Assembly (NCBI RefSeq): GCF_009914755.1
Contig: NC_060925.1
Direction: 5' to 3' (one strand)
DNA length: 64,000 nt
DNA from: the human T2T-CHM13v2.0 reference genome, Homo sapiens
Below, one piece after another: positions 1 to 16,703 of the stretch. The stretch's first letter is position 1, and each line of letters begins with the position of its first letter. The translations under genes and the position numbers were made by a program. The notes beneath the pieces are model-generated. The model was given only the letters and a program-made list of their open reading frames with translations, had not been told where the DNA came from and did no database searches.

Positions 1-47
1 TATTTTATATATATATATATATATATATAATATCTACTACATATCTA

Positions 48-87
<40 letters not shown>

Positions 88-110
88 ATCTATCTATCAT
101 CTATCTACAT
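1..110. repeat. (TA)n followed by (TCTA)n microsatellite
   Basis: Direct reading: tatatata... then about 10 tandem TCTA units. Confidence 0.95.
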
Positions 111-409
111 CTTTTCCTGTCTCAACAAAATAAAAGCACTTGGCAGTCCTCTGTTAGTCCCCAGATGCTCTCTGATACTTGAAAAGCCCATTAAATCCAA
201 ACCTAGAAACGAAGGATTTGTTAAGATCCCTCTAGTCCAAAAGTTCTGAGATGCAAGAGACAAAGGAACCATCAAAGCTCATCTCATGATTCCCTGCATC
301 TGACAACTGCACTGCCCTCAGCTGTGATGGAGCCTTGCCTGGCAGCTCTTCTGCCTTTCCCTAAATGCCCACCTCTTACCACCTAGAACTCCCTCACCTT
401 CTCCGACTT

Positions 410-690
410 TATCCATCCATCCATCATCCATTCATCCATCATGCACGATCCACCATCCATCAATTCATCCATCCATCCATCCACCATCCAACATCCATCA
501 ATCTATCCATCTGTCAATCTGCCATCCATCAATCCATCATCCATCTATCCATCAATTCATCCATCCATCCATCCATCCATCCATCCATCCACCATCCATC
601 AATTCATCATCATCCATCTATCCACCATCCCTCAATCCATCATCTATCCACCCACCCATCCATCTACCCATTATTCATCACCCTCCCATC
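410..690 (+). repeat. Degenerate (TCCA)n simple repeat
   Basis: catccatccatc... tract; explains the His/Pro/Ser/Ile ORFs at 365-770. Confidence 0.9.
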
Positions 691-975
691 CCAGGCCTGC
701 CTCAGAGCTCATGTTGTCAAGCCTTGCTATGTGTCCTTGTCCTCTCTACTGCCTCCCTTGTGAACTGTAAGCTCCCAAAAGCACATGGTTTAGCACAGTC
801 CCAGGCAAAAAACCTAACACACACACCAACAAAGCCTCCCACCAGAGATAGGGAAGGCTTCCCCTGGTTCATTCTCCTTACCAAGGCAAGGACTCTCTTC
901 TCCTGAAAGTGGGTCATCCAACCTCTGTTTTATTATCACCAGGACAGGAACTCCTTCAACTTTCAGAAAGCCTAG

Positions 976-1314
<339 letters not shown>

Positions 1315-1424
1315 TCTGGAGGATTTTTTTTACTGTGGTTATTGAGAGTGGGCACCTTGCTTCTTATTCATCTCATATTCCTCATTCAGCCCAGTGCCTG
1401 GCTCATTAGGGACTCTCAGATCCT

Positions 1425-2165
1425 GGATGGATGGATGGATGATGGATGGATGGTGGGTGGTGGATAGATGGATGAATGGATGATGGGTGGATGATGGATG
1501 AATGGTGATGGATGAATGGTGATGGATGGATTAGAGATGGACAGATGATGGGCAACAGATAGGTGATGAATGTACAGATGATGAAGGGGATGATGGATGG
1601 ATGATGGTTGAATGGTGGATGGGTGATGAATTGATGATGGATGCATGATGAATGGATAATGGGTGAATGGATGGATGAGTGGTGGTAGATGGTGGATGAT
1701 GGGTAATGGATGGACAATGGATGGATTGTGGATGGATGGTGGATGATGGATGATAGATGTATGGATAATGTATGGATATGGATGATGAATGGATGAATGG
1801 TGGATGATGGATGATAGATGGATGATGGATAGATGTGGATGATGGATGGATGGATAATGGATGATGGATGGATGTGGATGACAGATGATGGGTGATGGGT
1901 GGATGGATAGATGGGTGGTGGATGGTGGATGATTGTACATGATGGATAGTAGATATATGGATGATGGATGGATGGATGGTGAATGGATAGATGAATTTAT
2001 AAGTGGATACATGGTAGGTGGTGGTAGAGGATGTATGATAGGTAATGGATAGATGGATGGATGGATGGATGGATGGATGATGCACGATAGATGAATGGAT
2101 AGATGGATAGATGTGGATGACGGATGGATGAATGAACGAAAGGAAGGAAAGATAGATAATTGATA
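1425..2165 (+). repeat. Degenerate (TGGA)n/(GGAT)n simple repeat
   Basis: ggatggatggatgatgg... tract of about 740 bp. Confidence 0.92.
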
Positions 2166-3004
2166 CTTTGGATGAATTCAGTAAATAACTGCTAAATGAG
2201 ACCACAACAAGTTTCTGGGAAAGATGGTTTTCCCAGGTGGAAGATACTTCCCTTACAGAACAATTTTGTTATGCAGTTTCCTTTCTTCTTCCTTTCTCCA
2301 ACAACTGATTGCTGTGTTAGAATAAAAGTCTTGGGCCTGAATGGGGCAGGCCTTAGGTGGCTCAAAAAGTTCAGCCAGGCTCCTTCCCAGGTGACTTGGC
2401 CAAATTGGCAGCATTTGTGTCTAAGCACCCTGCCTCCCAGTAGCCTGTGTCCCATTCCAGTGGGAACTCCGACAGTCCACTCTAATGAAGGCATTTTCCT
2501 GCTGACTGGGATGATTTCCTGGCCTTCTGGGATGGCTGGCACTTCCCACGGGCAAGATGCCTCCGTTTCACCCCCATAGCTGACTCTGTTGTGTCAACAA
2601 AAGCAGAAACCCCTGACAAAGGTGTTTGTGGTAGAGAACTTGGTTTCCGTGGAGGCTGGCTGCCAGAACTCCAGAGCCTGGACGTAAGTCCTGGCCTCAG
2701 GGGAGCCCTGAGTCAGCTCCTCTGTAAACAGAGGTGACTCTGGGCAGTGGTTCATAGCCTGCATGCTTCAAACACCTGTGGAAATCTGATCAAAGCAATG
2801 GATTCTCTCTCCAGAAAGATGCCCGTGCTCCCAGACATACCCCATCGTTTGTGCTATTTTGGGAGGGTAGTGAACCTGCTGCAGATTCCCTCTAGAACCT
2901 TGGGTGGAATCCAACCCATAGGCTCAAATCTCCTGCCGCTGTGCCTGCCACTTGGACATTCTGGGGGGTCTTCCTTCTGCATGGTTTCAGGACATTTTTT
3001 AACT

Positions 3005-3251
<247 letters not shown>

Positions 3252-5294
3252 TGAAATAATTTCAGACTTTCATAAACATCGCAGGAGTGGCACTGAGAGT
3301 CCTGGGTCCCCTCGTCCAACCCAGTGGTGCATAACTATGCCAATTGTTCAAAACTAAATGTGTTCTATTCACCACACTCTGGACGTCACTCAGCTTTCCT
3401 TCGTTTTTCTATCAAGATCCCTTTTCTGTCCCAGAACCCCCTCCTGGGTCCCTTGTTACTTTTGGTGATGCCATGCCTCTGGCTTCTCCACTCTTCCCTG
3501 TCCCTCATGCCCCTGAGACCTCTGAGGAGCACAATTAGGCATTTTGCAGAACAGCCATCAATTTGGGTTGGTCTGATGTCTCCCGACAATTAGATGCAGG
3601 CTGTGCATTTTGGGTGAGAATACCTCAAAGGCTATATTTGGCCTTCATGCATCATCCCTGGAGCCACAAGGTATTGTGTGTCCCATTTCAGGCAAGGTTA
3701 ACTCAGTCCCCAGAATAAGGTGGTGTCTGCCAGGCTTCTCCTGTGCACAGTTAAGGTTTTTCCCATTGTGCTTGATAAACACTGTGAGCAGTTGCGGAAC
3801 CGCTTAGAGACCTTGTGGCTTCAACTTTAATGCAGGCTCTCTTTGCCAGAACATAGGGTCTCACGCTTTTCTGGCCTGTGGTCTTGCAGCCTGCAGCTTC
3901 TACTTCAGCCTCGGATGGGGGTGTCTGTCCTGGGATCTGAGCCTCTCTGCAGAGACTTCTTGTCTTCAGTCTTCACGAGTGAATTGAAGGCCTGCTCCAG
4001 GGTTTTCTCAGCCTGGCAGGGAGCTCCACCTCCACATGTGATGGAAGAGAAAATCAAGGTTCAGCCAGCTGGTGACCAAACTGAGCAAGAATGAGCTCTT
4101 TTCTGTCCAAGTGGAAGCCCTCAGCACCACCCGCCCTTGCCCTTGAGTGTGTCTGGCTATTGGGGCTGTTTGCCTGAGTTTTGATAAGCAGGGATCTCGA
4201 GGCCCTTGTTATGGGCAGGGCATGAGTGAGGCACAGAGAGCCCTAGCCTCAGGCTCTGGTTCTCCTCTTACCAGAAGCTCAGGAGCAAGAGGGAGGGGCT
4301 GGCCTTGGAGACAGACTCTTGTAGTAGCCAGGCCGTGAGGTGGGAAGGCAGACTCAGCTGGGGTGGGGTATTCAGGGTGTGGGATGCCCAGGCCATTTGG
4401 GAGTGAGAAGGTCCGGCCAGGAGGGCAGGTGGAGCTGTGTGCCATGCGTGAGCTCCAGGAGCACCCAGGACACTCCTCAACTCTACCTCTCAAGCTGCCC
4501 TAGAAGGGAAGCAGGGCAGATGGCAGGGGAAGGGGCGCTGACTAGGGAGGGGACGACCTGAGTCCTTTAAAGACAAGAACAGGCGCTCAGGCCTGGAGGC
4601 TTAGAGAGGAAGTGCTCTGCATCCAGCCACACGTGTATTCACTCAGAGGCAGTGGGTTCAGCAAAGGCCCCTCCAGGCCTGTCTGTGAACTGATCAGTTG
4701 TGTTAGGGAAGTAACATGGGGTCAGGGGTGGGGGCTTTAAGTTTCTTGGAGAGGTGCGGAGGAGGTGGCTGCCTAGCTGCTCCCTGGGAAAGGAAACAGC
4801 GGAGGTTGCATGATGGGCCTGGGTGCCTTAGAGGGGCAAGGGTGGGTCTGCTCTGGGTAGGCTCAGACCCTGCTCATTCCTTGACTCAGCCCACGGCTCC
4901 TGCCTTTCATTCTGGCCCCAGGAAATATCTATGGGCTGGGCCTTGTGCTCCAGATTGCAAATAAAAGGTGAGCCAAACAGTCCCTGCCCCTAGGCAGCCG
5001 CGGCTAGGGAGGGAGTCAGTGGGCAAATCTTCCTGGTTGGGGAGGGGCAGCCAGGTGTAGAGGACACCCGATCCCTGGCCGCTCCCCTCAGAGCAGGCAG
5101 GGGCACAGCAGGTCCAGCCTGAGCCAAGGAAGGAACCGGAAAGAGCCCGAGGGGAGGACAAAGGGCTGAGTGCGGCCTGAGGCCAGGGAGTGGCATTGAG
5201 GTCAGGAGAGGAGATAGATCCAGAGGGGGCCTGGCATGGCCAAACTGGCATTGGGCGAAGACCTCAGCCTGCAGATAGTGTGTTGCGAGGGAGA

Positions 5295-5977
5295 GGTGTG
5301 CATGTGTGTGCATGCATGTGTTTGCATGTGTGTGGTGCACATGTGGAGGGGTGTGTGTGTGTGTGCATCTGTGTGCATGCATGTGTTTGTGTGTGGTGGG
5401 TTGTGAATGTATATGTGCATCCGTGGGAGGTGTGCATGTGTGTGGTGTGTATGGTGTGCATGCATGCATATGTATGTGTGTGCATGTGTCTGTGTGTGCA
5501 TGTGCACGAGGCGTGCATGTGGGGGTTGTGTGTGCATGTATGTGTATGGTATTCATGTATGTGTATGTGTTGTGTGGTGTGTGTGTGTATTTGTGTGTGT
5601 GCATGTGCATGGGGTGGGGTGTGTATATGTGGGGTATGTGCATGCATGTGTGTGCATGTGTATGGTATGTGTGGTATGCCTGCATGGTGTGCATGTGTGG
5701 GGGGGATGTGCATGTATGTGAGTGCATGTGTATGCTGTGCTTGCATGCATGTGTATATGTGTTCATGTATGTAGTGGGGTGTGCATGTGTGCTTGTGTGT
5801 GGTGGGGTGTGCATGTGTGTGCATGCGTGTGATGTGTGCATGTGTGTGGTGTGCATGCCTATATGTGTGTGTTTGCATGTGTGTGTGCATGTGCATCAGG
5901 TGGGGTGTGCATGTGTGTGTGGTATGCATGTGTCTGTGTGCGCACGCATGTGCGCATGTGGCTGTGCATGCATGTGG
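5295..5977 (+). repeat. Degenerate (TG)n/(TGCA)n purine-pyrimidine repeat
   Basis: gtgtgcatgtgtgtgcatgcatgtg...; explains the Cys/Val/Met and His/Thr ORFs. Confidence 0.92.
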
Positions 5978-6629
5978 TGGAAGGAGGAAGCTGGAGGCTG
6001 GGGCCTCCTAGGGGCCTCTTCATGGCGAGGTGGGAGATGGACCCACAGATAAGAACCAGGAGGGGCAAATTGGCTGAGAGGCCCCAGGGCCACCTGGGAA
6101 GGCCACAGCAGCCTGGGCGGCTGGGGCTGTTTCAGGACTGGACAGTCTCCAGCCAGCAAGCAGAGCCCTTCCTGAGCTGGTGGTGGGAAGTGGATACAGA
6201 AGAAATGGACAGTTTTCTTCTGGGCTTGTGGCTGGATGCAGTGGGTGTCCAGGCCTGACTTGGACAGGGCCCTAGGGAGGGACGGGGCTGCTGGGACCCG
6301 CCATCAGGGGGCTGTTGGCCAATCCACAGAAAAGTCAACCAAAGCAGGCCCGAGGGGCTCAGGGGGCTTTGTCAACAGCCAGGGGGATGCCAGTGCAAAG
6401 CCATAGCCTCAAATACCTTCCACTTTGTATGTTCTTGTTATGGGAGCAACGTGCGTTCTTCTGTGCTGGCTGTGTGTGGATGTGTGTTGGGCCGTGTGGG
6501 AGCGTCTGAGTGTGTGCACACTCACTCGTGCCTTTCTGTCCCAGCTGGCCTGGGCTCAAGGGCATCACGAGCCCCAGGGGCTGCTGTCTCGGTCCTCTCC
6601 TAGGCAGCCTGCAACCACATGCCTGTGTC

Positions 6630-7030
6630 CCTGAGTTAGGCCATTCTTGCATTGCTATAAAGAAACACTTGAGGCTGGTAATTTATAAGAAAAGATGTTT
6701 AATTGGCTCAGGGTTCTGCAGGCTGCACAGGAAGTGTGGCTCTTGCTTCTGCTTCTAGGGAGGCTAGGAAGCTTCCAATCATGGCGGAAGGCAAAGGGGG
6801 AGCAGGCATGTCATGTGGCGAGAGCAGGAGCGGGATAAAGAGTGGGGGAAGAGGTGCCACACACTTTTAAACAACCAGATCTTGCAAGAACTCACTCATA
6901 ATCTCGAGGACAGCACCAAGCCATGGGACCCACCCCCCATGACCCAGTCACCTCTACCAGGCCCCACCCCAGCCCTGGAGATCACAGTTCAACATGAGAT
7001 CTAGGCAGGGTTAAATATCCAGACTACATC
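6630..7030. mobile_element. MaLR solo LTR (MST-like)
   Basis: ttaggccattcttgcattgctataaag...gtttaattggctca...aatcatggcggaaggcaaagggg...atatccagactacatca matches the MST/THE1-type LTR pattern. Confidence 0.8.
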
Positions 7031-7603
7031 AGCCCCATCCACCCGAGGATGAAAGCTCCCTGGATGTCCAGGTGGCAGAGGAGGTCACAGCCCCCTATGA
7101 TGACTCTGTTGTGACCCTAAGGGGTCCATTGCAGGCCTCTGCCAAGGAGGAGCAGGGGACACTGTGGGACGTAGCCCTGTATCCCCGCCTTGTCCCATGG
7201 GAGGACCCTGGCTCCAGGAGAACCTCAGGCCTCCTTCTATCCCCATAGAGAGGGCCCATCGGAGCTCCCTTCTCCCTCCTGCTCTCCCAGGGCCTCGAGG
7301 GGAGAGAGAAGGTCAGAGCCAAGGAAAGGTGGAGGCTCAGGACTCTCCCACAACAGAAGCAGAGACATGGAGGAACCTGCCCCAGGGCACACCTAGCCCC
7401 CAGAGGCCAAGCCGAGGCTCAGGGGCTCCAAAGCCCAGGTGTCTTCTTGCTAGGTCTGTAAGATCCCTGCCCAGCAGCAGGTCAGGCTCTTTCCTGGTTG
7501 GCTCCCTGCTAGTTCCCCAGCTCAGACTGCAATGCTTGGCAAACAGCAGGCACTCTGTTCCTCACCTGTGTCAGAGTGTGGGTCCAAAGTGAGTGCCTGT
7601 CTC

Positions 7604-7748
7604 TTTTTATTTTGTTTTTTTGAGACAGGTTCTCACTCTGTTGCCCAGGCTGGAGTGCAGTGGTGTAATCATACCTCACTGCAGCCTTGAACTCCTGAAC
7701 TCAAGTGATCTTCCTGCCTCAGCCTCCTGAGTAGCTGGGATTATAGGC
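7604..7748 (-). mobile_element. Alu monomer/partial (AluJ-like)
   Basis: ttttgagacagg...cccaggctggagtgcagtgg...gtagctgggattatagg. Confidence 0.85.
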
Positions 7749-8479
7749 CCCCAGCCCTGAGTGTCTTTTATCAATGGAAGCAGGGCCTGGCCAGGCCCAC
7801 CCCCTCTCCTCATGCCCTTGCAGAAGTGTCTGCATACACCCACCCCCAAGACACAGCTCATTCTTTCAACCTGTCTGGGGAAGCCTGGCTGGGGTCCTGG
7901 CCTCTGCAAAGCCCACACCACCGCTCATTCCCATCCCTCTGATCCTAGCCTCCAGAGCTTTCTCCTAAATTCCAGCCCTCCCCTACCACCCTTCTGCACA
8001 AGCAATGCCACTTCCCCAACTTGGCCTCTATTTCCCCATTTGGGGAAGAAGGAAGCTGTGTACAAGGACCCAGGCAGCTCCAATGTCAGCAGCGGCAGAC
8101 ACCCTGCAGCCTTCCAAGCTGGAGGCAGGGGCATTTGGGGCACTGGGGCTGGCCCTGGGGAGGCGGGCACTGGAAGTCACTGGTGTTGAGAAGATTCCAG
8201 AAGAGGCAGCTGTACCGCTGAGCCATGCAAGTGTCGGTGCTTGGGGTGGAGGAAGGCAATGGCAAGTGGCACAGCAGAGGTGGGCGGTGTGTGGGGTGGA
8301 GCCACACTCTGGGGTCTGCACCCCAGGCTATCTGGGCAGCAGAAGGAATTAGCTCTTGTCTGGTTTTACCTGCCTTCGTTCAGTTGTATGATTATTTTGA
8401 GATCCTTTGTGCTATTTTTCTTGTTATTCCTAAATTAAATGCTGTTACAGACTTGCCACTGCTTTTTAACCATCCCTGT

Positions 8480-8830
8480 TAATGGACATTGGGGTACTTC
8501 CAGTTTGTGGCTTGTGTGAACATTTGCTTACAAGTCTTTGCACAGACACGGGTTTCCTCTGGGGCAAACCTAACGGCTGGTGGACGTTTACCCTTGAAGA
8601 CACTGCCAAAGTGCCTCCCAAGGGGACTGCACCTTTCCCCTCCATCCAGCTGTGAACAAGGGTCAGGGTCTGATTTCTCCACATCCTTGCCAACACTTGC
8701 TACTCTTTGACTCTTTGATTGCAGCCATCCCCGTAGGTGTGAGGCGGCCCCTTATTGGGTTTTTTGATTTGCACATCCCCAGGATGGGTGATGTCGACCA
8801 TCTTTCCAGGTGCATGCTGGCCTTCCTTGT
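8480..8830 (-). mobile_element. Old L1 (L1M) 3' fragment
   Basis: atggacattggggtacttccagttt...tctccacatccttgccaacacttg resembles an antisense L1M 3' end. Confidence 0.6.
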
Positions 8831-8833
8831 GCC

Positions 8834-9365
<532 letters not shown>

Positions 9366-9371
9366 AAGTTG

Positions 9372-9628
9372 CTTGTTAAAAAGAGCCTGGTACCAACCTC
9401 CCCTCTCTCACTTCTGTCACCATGTAATTTCTTGCACACACTGGTTCCCCTTTACGCCCCCTTTCCCTTCTGCCACAAGTGGAAACAGCCTGAGGCCCTT
9501 GCCAGAGGCAGTTGCTGGAGCCATGCTTCTGTGTAGCCTGTAGATCCGTGAACCAAGTAAGCCTCTTTGCCTTATACACCACCCAACCTCACGAGTTCCT
9601 TTATAACAATGCAAATGGGCTAAGACCC
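9372..9628. mobile_element. MaLR LTR fragment (MST-like), opposite orientation to the copies at 6630 and 10709
   Basis: Reverse complement reads gtcttagcccatttgcattgttataaag...cacggatctacaggctacacagaagcatgg. Confidence 0.75.
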
Positions 9629-9694
9629 CTGACCTGCCCAAGGCGGTCCTTTGAGCTGAGCCCTGTTAACCCTGCATCTCTCCTCTCTCTACAG

Positions 9695-9960
9695 CTACCA
9701 GGGAGTCGGCCTTTGTCCACGCCATTGCCTCAGCCGGTGTGGCCTTTGCAGTGACACGCTCATGTGCAGAAGGCACGGCCGCCATCTGTGGCTGCAGCAG
9801 CCGCCACCAGGGCTCACCAGGCAAGGGCTGGAAGTGGGGTGGCTGTAGCGAGGACATCGAGTTTGGTGGGATGGTGTCTCGGGAGTTCGCCGACGCCCGG
9901 GAGAACCGGCCAGATGCCCGCTCAGCCATGAACCGCCACAACAACGAGGCTGGGCGCCAG
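9695..9960 (+). CDS. WNT3A: WNT3A exon 3 (266 bp; (A)TRESAFVHAIASAGVAFAVTRSCAEG...NRHNNEAGRQ)
   Basis: Polypyrimidine tract and acag acceptor ending 9694; cag|gtagg donor at 9961; Wnt motifs WKWGGCS and HNNEAGR. Confidence 0.98.
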
Positions 9961-10489
9961 GTAGGTTCGCCGCCCGCAAGGGTGCTTGGGAAAAAGGAGC
10001 CTCCTCAGCAGGGTGTGTGCCCTGGTTCCTTGGGGCATATGGCCCGGTGAGGCAGGATGGTGGCCAGGCTGAGGGTCTTCTCGACCCCTGCCTGGGGTGT
10101 GCGAAGCTTAGCACCATCCAGCTACACCACAGCATCCAGTGCGCTCCTGGGGATGGCGAGCCCACCTGTGGACTGGGGTAGCCAAGAAGGAGTGATGAGG
10201 CAAAGGCCTGGTCAACAGGAGCCCCGGCAGAGCCCAGGGAGGGAGACAGCCAGGCAGCCACAGAGACGGGGAGGAATTCTGCAATGAGGAAATGCAGGCA
10301 CACAAGGTGACCCGATGTCAAGGACAGCTGGCAGTAATTTAGGGGGAGGGAGGCTGGGAGAGCCTCCCAGGCAGCCTGGAGGTGAAAGACAACAAGCGAC
10401 TTGGTGGGCAGAGCACAGAGTGTAATGGAACAAAGAGCATCTTGATCTGCAGAGGCCAACCCAAACCAAGCCGTGTAAAGCTTCGTGAG

Positions 10490-11546
<1,057 letters not shown>

Positions 11547-11921
11547 TAGAAAGGATGTGGTCAGAAGATCAGTGGATGGCCAAGGGAGGAAAGATGGCTG
11601 ATGGGCAGTGACGGGCGTAAGGACCAAGTGGCGTCCACGGGATTTAACAACATGAAGATGGCAGCTGACCTTGGCTGTAGAATCAGGGGACCACAGAGGG
11701 GTGACGAGTGAACAGGGGATATTCACCTTTTAACAGTGAGGAACTAGATAACTCAGACTAATCTTCCTGCAGAAGACAACTTCAGATGCAGGATGAACTA
11801 TAAAAAGCACCCTGTTAAAAGTGTGGAGTCCCCATAATTACCCAATTCATGATAGATGAGGCAGTGCAGTGCCATGGGAGAAATGGGCTTTTCAATAAAT
11901 GGTGCTCAGTCAACCGGGTGG

Positions 11922-12315
11922 TGCTATGGTCTGAATGTGTCTCCCAAAATTCGTATGTTGTAAGCTTGATCTCCAGTGCAACAGTCTGGAGAGGTGGGAC
12001 CTAATAAGAGGTGTTTAGGTGATGAGGGCCTTGCCCTCATAAAGGGACCAATGCTGCTGTAAAAGGGCTTGCAGAAGAGGGTCTCTCTCTCTCTCTCTTT
12101 CTATTACTTTCCTGCCATATGAGGACATGATGTTCCTCCCTTCTGGAGGACATGGCATTCATTCAGGGTGCCCTCTTGGAAGCAGATAAACCAAGCCCTA
12201 ACCTGTCAGCACCTTGATCTTAGATTTCCCAGCCTCCCAAACCATGAAAGAATACATTTATGAATTACTCAGTCTCAGGTGTTACGTTGTAGCAATACAG
12301 CATTGACTAAGACAG
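11922..12315. mobile_element. MaLR LTR (MLT1A/MSTD-like) inserted in old L1 sequence
   Basis: tgctatggtctgaatgtgtctcccaaaattcgtatgttg...gcaatacagcattgactaagaca; L1M-like A-rich sequence on both sides. Confidence 0.72.
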
Positions 12316-13354
12316 ATAGCAACATGGAAAAAAAATAACCCTGGCTTGCTACCTCACACCATCTGTAAAAATCAATTACAAATCCCAGTGGGACAGGTAA
12401 AACAATAAAACTTTTACAAGAAAATATAGAATATCTTTGTGACCTTAGAGTAGGCAAAGGTGTCTTAAACAGTCCAAAAAAGCACTCACATTGAAAGAGA
12501 AGTGGAATAACATAGACTATATTCAAATTAAGAACTTTCATCCATAAAAAGACACCACTATGGGACTGAAAAGGCAACCCATAGAGGACACATTCACATA
12601 CATACATCCACACTCACATATGCAGCAAATGTAGAGAAGCTACAGTAGGAAAAGAACTCTGCAGACTAAGAAAAAAAAGATAGACAAACCAATGGGAAAA
12701 TTGGCCAAAAAATTAAAAGCCATGTTATGAAAGAAAATATAGAAATTCCACTACCTATACAAAAGGTGCTCAATGTTATGAGTCATCAAGAAAATGCTGT
12801 GAGAACCTATGTCCTGGAAAGAGAGAGGAGGATGGGGGTGTCTGAGACACTGGTGTTCTGGGGCAGGTAATTTGTAAAATTTTGTATATTTTGCACTTAT
12901 GACACATATATATTTTTGTATGTCTATTATACTTCCATAAAATGATTTTTAAGTGTCAAATAACTGACCATCTAGTGAGGAATTAGCAGCCCCTGATCCA
13001 AGAGAAGATCCCAAGTCTGGTACCTGGGGTAGCTTTTGTCTAGGGGCCATTTGCTGACCTGGAAGAGACTACAGAGGTTGCACTGCATTTCCAGCAGACT
13101 CACAGAGCTAAGGGGCCCACCAAGGGTGCCATCTCTGGTAAATCCTTCCTCAGTGTAGGCTGTGACCCTGAAGAGCAAAGCCAAGCCAGAAGTAGTCTTG
13201 TCCTGTTCACATGGGCAGACTAGAAATCTCTCAAAACCTGAACTTGGATTAAGGTAATCCCAAATTGCTGGTACTCCCATACACCTGGAAAAAGCAGACA
13301 AAATCCTCTTTGGAGAAGGATGATATCCCTCCTCTAAGCCTATAAATGTTTCTA

Positions 13355-13803
<449 letters not shown>

Positions 13804-13912
13804 TTATTAGACACAGACTTTGAGGGGAAAAATGCTTACTTAGGTTCACAAAGCTAAAACACAAGTGTGAACATTGCATCAGGAAACTAGAAACTATAAA
13901 AATTATATAATA

Positions 13913-14258
<346 letters not shown>

Positions 14259-14279
14259 TTACACAGAAATTGCAGAACT

Positions 14280-16520
14280 GAAGAACAAATAAGGACTTCC
14301 AGTTAAAGATGAGAAGCTGAACACTTCCGTCTGCACTCTCCTGGAACCCACTAAAATAACAATAAATTAATTTTAAAATAAATAGATATGTAGAGATAAA
14401 TATAAATAAAATATAAATAGATACAGGTAGGGACAGGTAATAGTAGATATAGATGATAGATATAAATGGATATAAATAGTGCATAGAGATTATACATAGA
14501 TATAGATGCTAATACAGATAGGATGGATGGATAAATAGATTAGATAGATGGATGAATAGATAGAGATGGATACTCATGAGAATACAGAAAATAAAGAGGA
14601 AACAATGGTAACAAAACTTTGAAAGCTAAAAGCAGATAGATGAATACTCAAGCAGACTCAAGAAAACTGAGTCTTAAGCCAGTAGAGAAGAAATTTGAGA
14701 ACCAGTCTAGGAATTCCTAGTGTCTGATATCTTGAGAAGTTGAGATAAATATGGGGCTGAAAACAGGAAGATTGGTTGAAAGATGACTTTCAGGGTACTT
14801 TATAGCCCACTCACTCCACTACCCAACTCTTTGTAGCCAGGCAGCAGCCTCTCCTTTCCCTGTTGCTGAAGCCTGGAGGTTTGTTTTCTGCAAAGCACAG
14901 GTCTCTGATCTGAGGGACGCCAAGCACATCTCAGAGTGAACCTTCCAAAGTGAAAATTTTCTCTCTACATATGGAAGTTCATGCCTTTCTCTCTCCTCCT
15001 GATTTCCTAATGCTAGCTGTGAACCCTAGTTATCCTCCAGGCAAGAGGATGGAAGATTCTGCTCTGGGGACTCTGACCAACTCAAAAGAGGAGACTTCAA
15101 GACAGTTACCTGTGGAAGGTCCCAATAAAGTGATGCAGCTAGATCACTCTATAGAGAGGACCAAAGTTGACAAGTCTCTCCCATGTACAGGAACTTCCAA
15201 TAAGATTTTTAGTGTCCCATTTTTAAATACGAGCAGACAGCCAAGGATCATCAGACCTCTGAGGAAGGACTCTAACAACAATAATGGCAAAGTCCAAAAC
15301 AAACAAACTCAAACAAAATTTATGGGAAAGAGACATTGTAAAGAGAGATGAAACTTCGAAAGATGATCATTAATATCCCCAAAAGATAAAACACTATATC
15401 CATGAAATTGGAACAGGATGGTAATTTTAAACATTCAGGTTACAAAAGAGCTCTTAGAAATTAAAAATATGATAACAGAAGCAAAATCCTCAAATTGAAA
15501 GATAGTTGAGATACCCTCCCACAAGACAGAAAGAAAAAAAAGACAAAGAGATTAAAAATAAGAGCAAGGAGAAGATTTGGAGGATCTGTCCAAGAAAGAC
15601 AATGACAAACAAAAAGAGGAGGCAGTCAGCAAAGAAACAAGGCAGGAAGCTTCCTCAGAACTGTGGAGCACAGGTTGCAGACCAAACAGGCCACTAAGTG
15701 ACGAGAACAACAGAAGAAAAAGATCTACTTCAAGACACACTGCTGTGAAGCTCAGAGCCTACTGCACAGAACAGCCCTCCAAGCTGCCAAGGAGAATGTT
15801 TGGGCTTCAGGATCAGGAATCAAAATAGTACCAGACTTTTCGGGAGCAATAATGAAAGCTAGAAGAAAACAGTAATAATACTTTTTGAACTCCAAGATGT
15901 AAAAATGATTTTAAGCCAAGAATTCACTTCCCAGCAAAACTATCAATTAAATGAGATAGTAGAAAAGATTGTTTTTAGACATGGACATTTCAAAAAATTT
16001 ACAAGGCCTTTTCTGGGAAAAAAAAATCTGCAAGAAAATGAAATTGATAGAATAGCTGATGTGTTTGGACATCTTGAAGAGAATATGTAGATAAGTAAGG
16101 GAGAATTTGAGGCTGAATCAGTTACAGGTACATTGATAACACCAACTACAAAAAGTCATTTAGGAAAAGAAAAGTCATCATAATATATGACACTTAAAGT
16201 AGTCCCAATACCACCAGCAGTGAATATTGATGTGAAATTAAGCTAGTTTTTAGGGCAGGAGGGGTTGGTGCTTGGGAAGTGTGCATCAGTGTGGTGGAGT
16301 AAGGAGAGAAAACTAACTGCCACCCACCATGGCTAGAGGCCAATAAATAATGCCTAATGCTGAAAAATCAAGAGGTGTCAAGACAAGTGTGTTAACAGAG
16401 TTGTAGACATTGCAAGGGGCTGCATGTAGGACCAGAATTCCTGTTTATCTAAACAGGTCTTGGAAACTGTTGGACTCTTCCAAGTAAGCACCTATATAAC
16501 TTTGATCCAATATAAAACTA
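14280..16520 (+). mobile_element. Degraded L1M-like fragments and a (TAGA)n-like low-complexity tract (~14370-14575)
   Basis: A-rich, L1 ORF1-like remnants without an intact frame. Confidence 0.45.
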
Positions 16521-16703
16521 AAACAAAAGAGGAAATAAAATGGATATTAGATAAACTAGACTGGGCAGGGCGAGGGATATGTTACTCTACAGATGCCCAT
16601 AGGAAACAGTCAATATCAGAGGGAGGAGTTCAAGAAAGAGCCAGAAGGGGACGAGGAGGAGGCAGGATTGGGACCCAGAGCCCAGTTGAAGCCTTAGATT
16701 AGA

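Noticed and set aside
4990-6068. Cys/Val/Met-rich and His/Thr-rich ORFs resembling metal-binding proteins
   Set aside because: Artefacts of the (TG/CA) repeat on both strands
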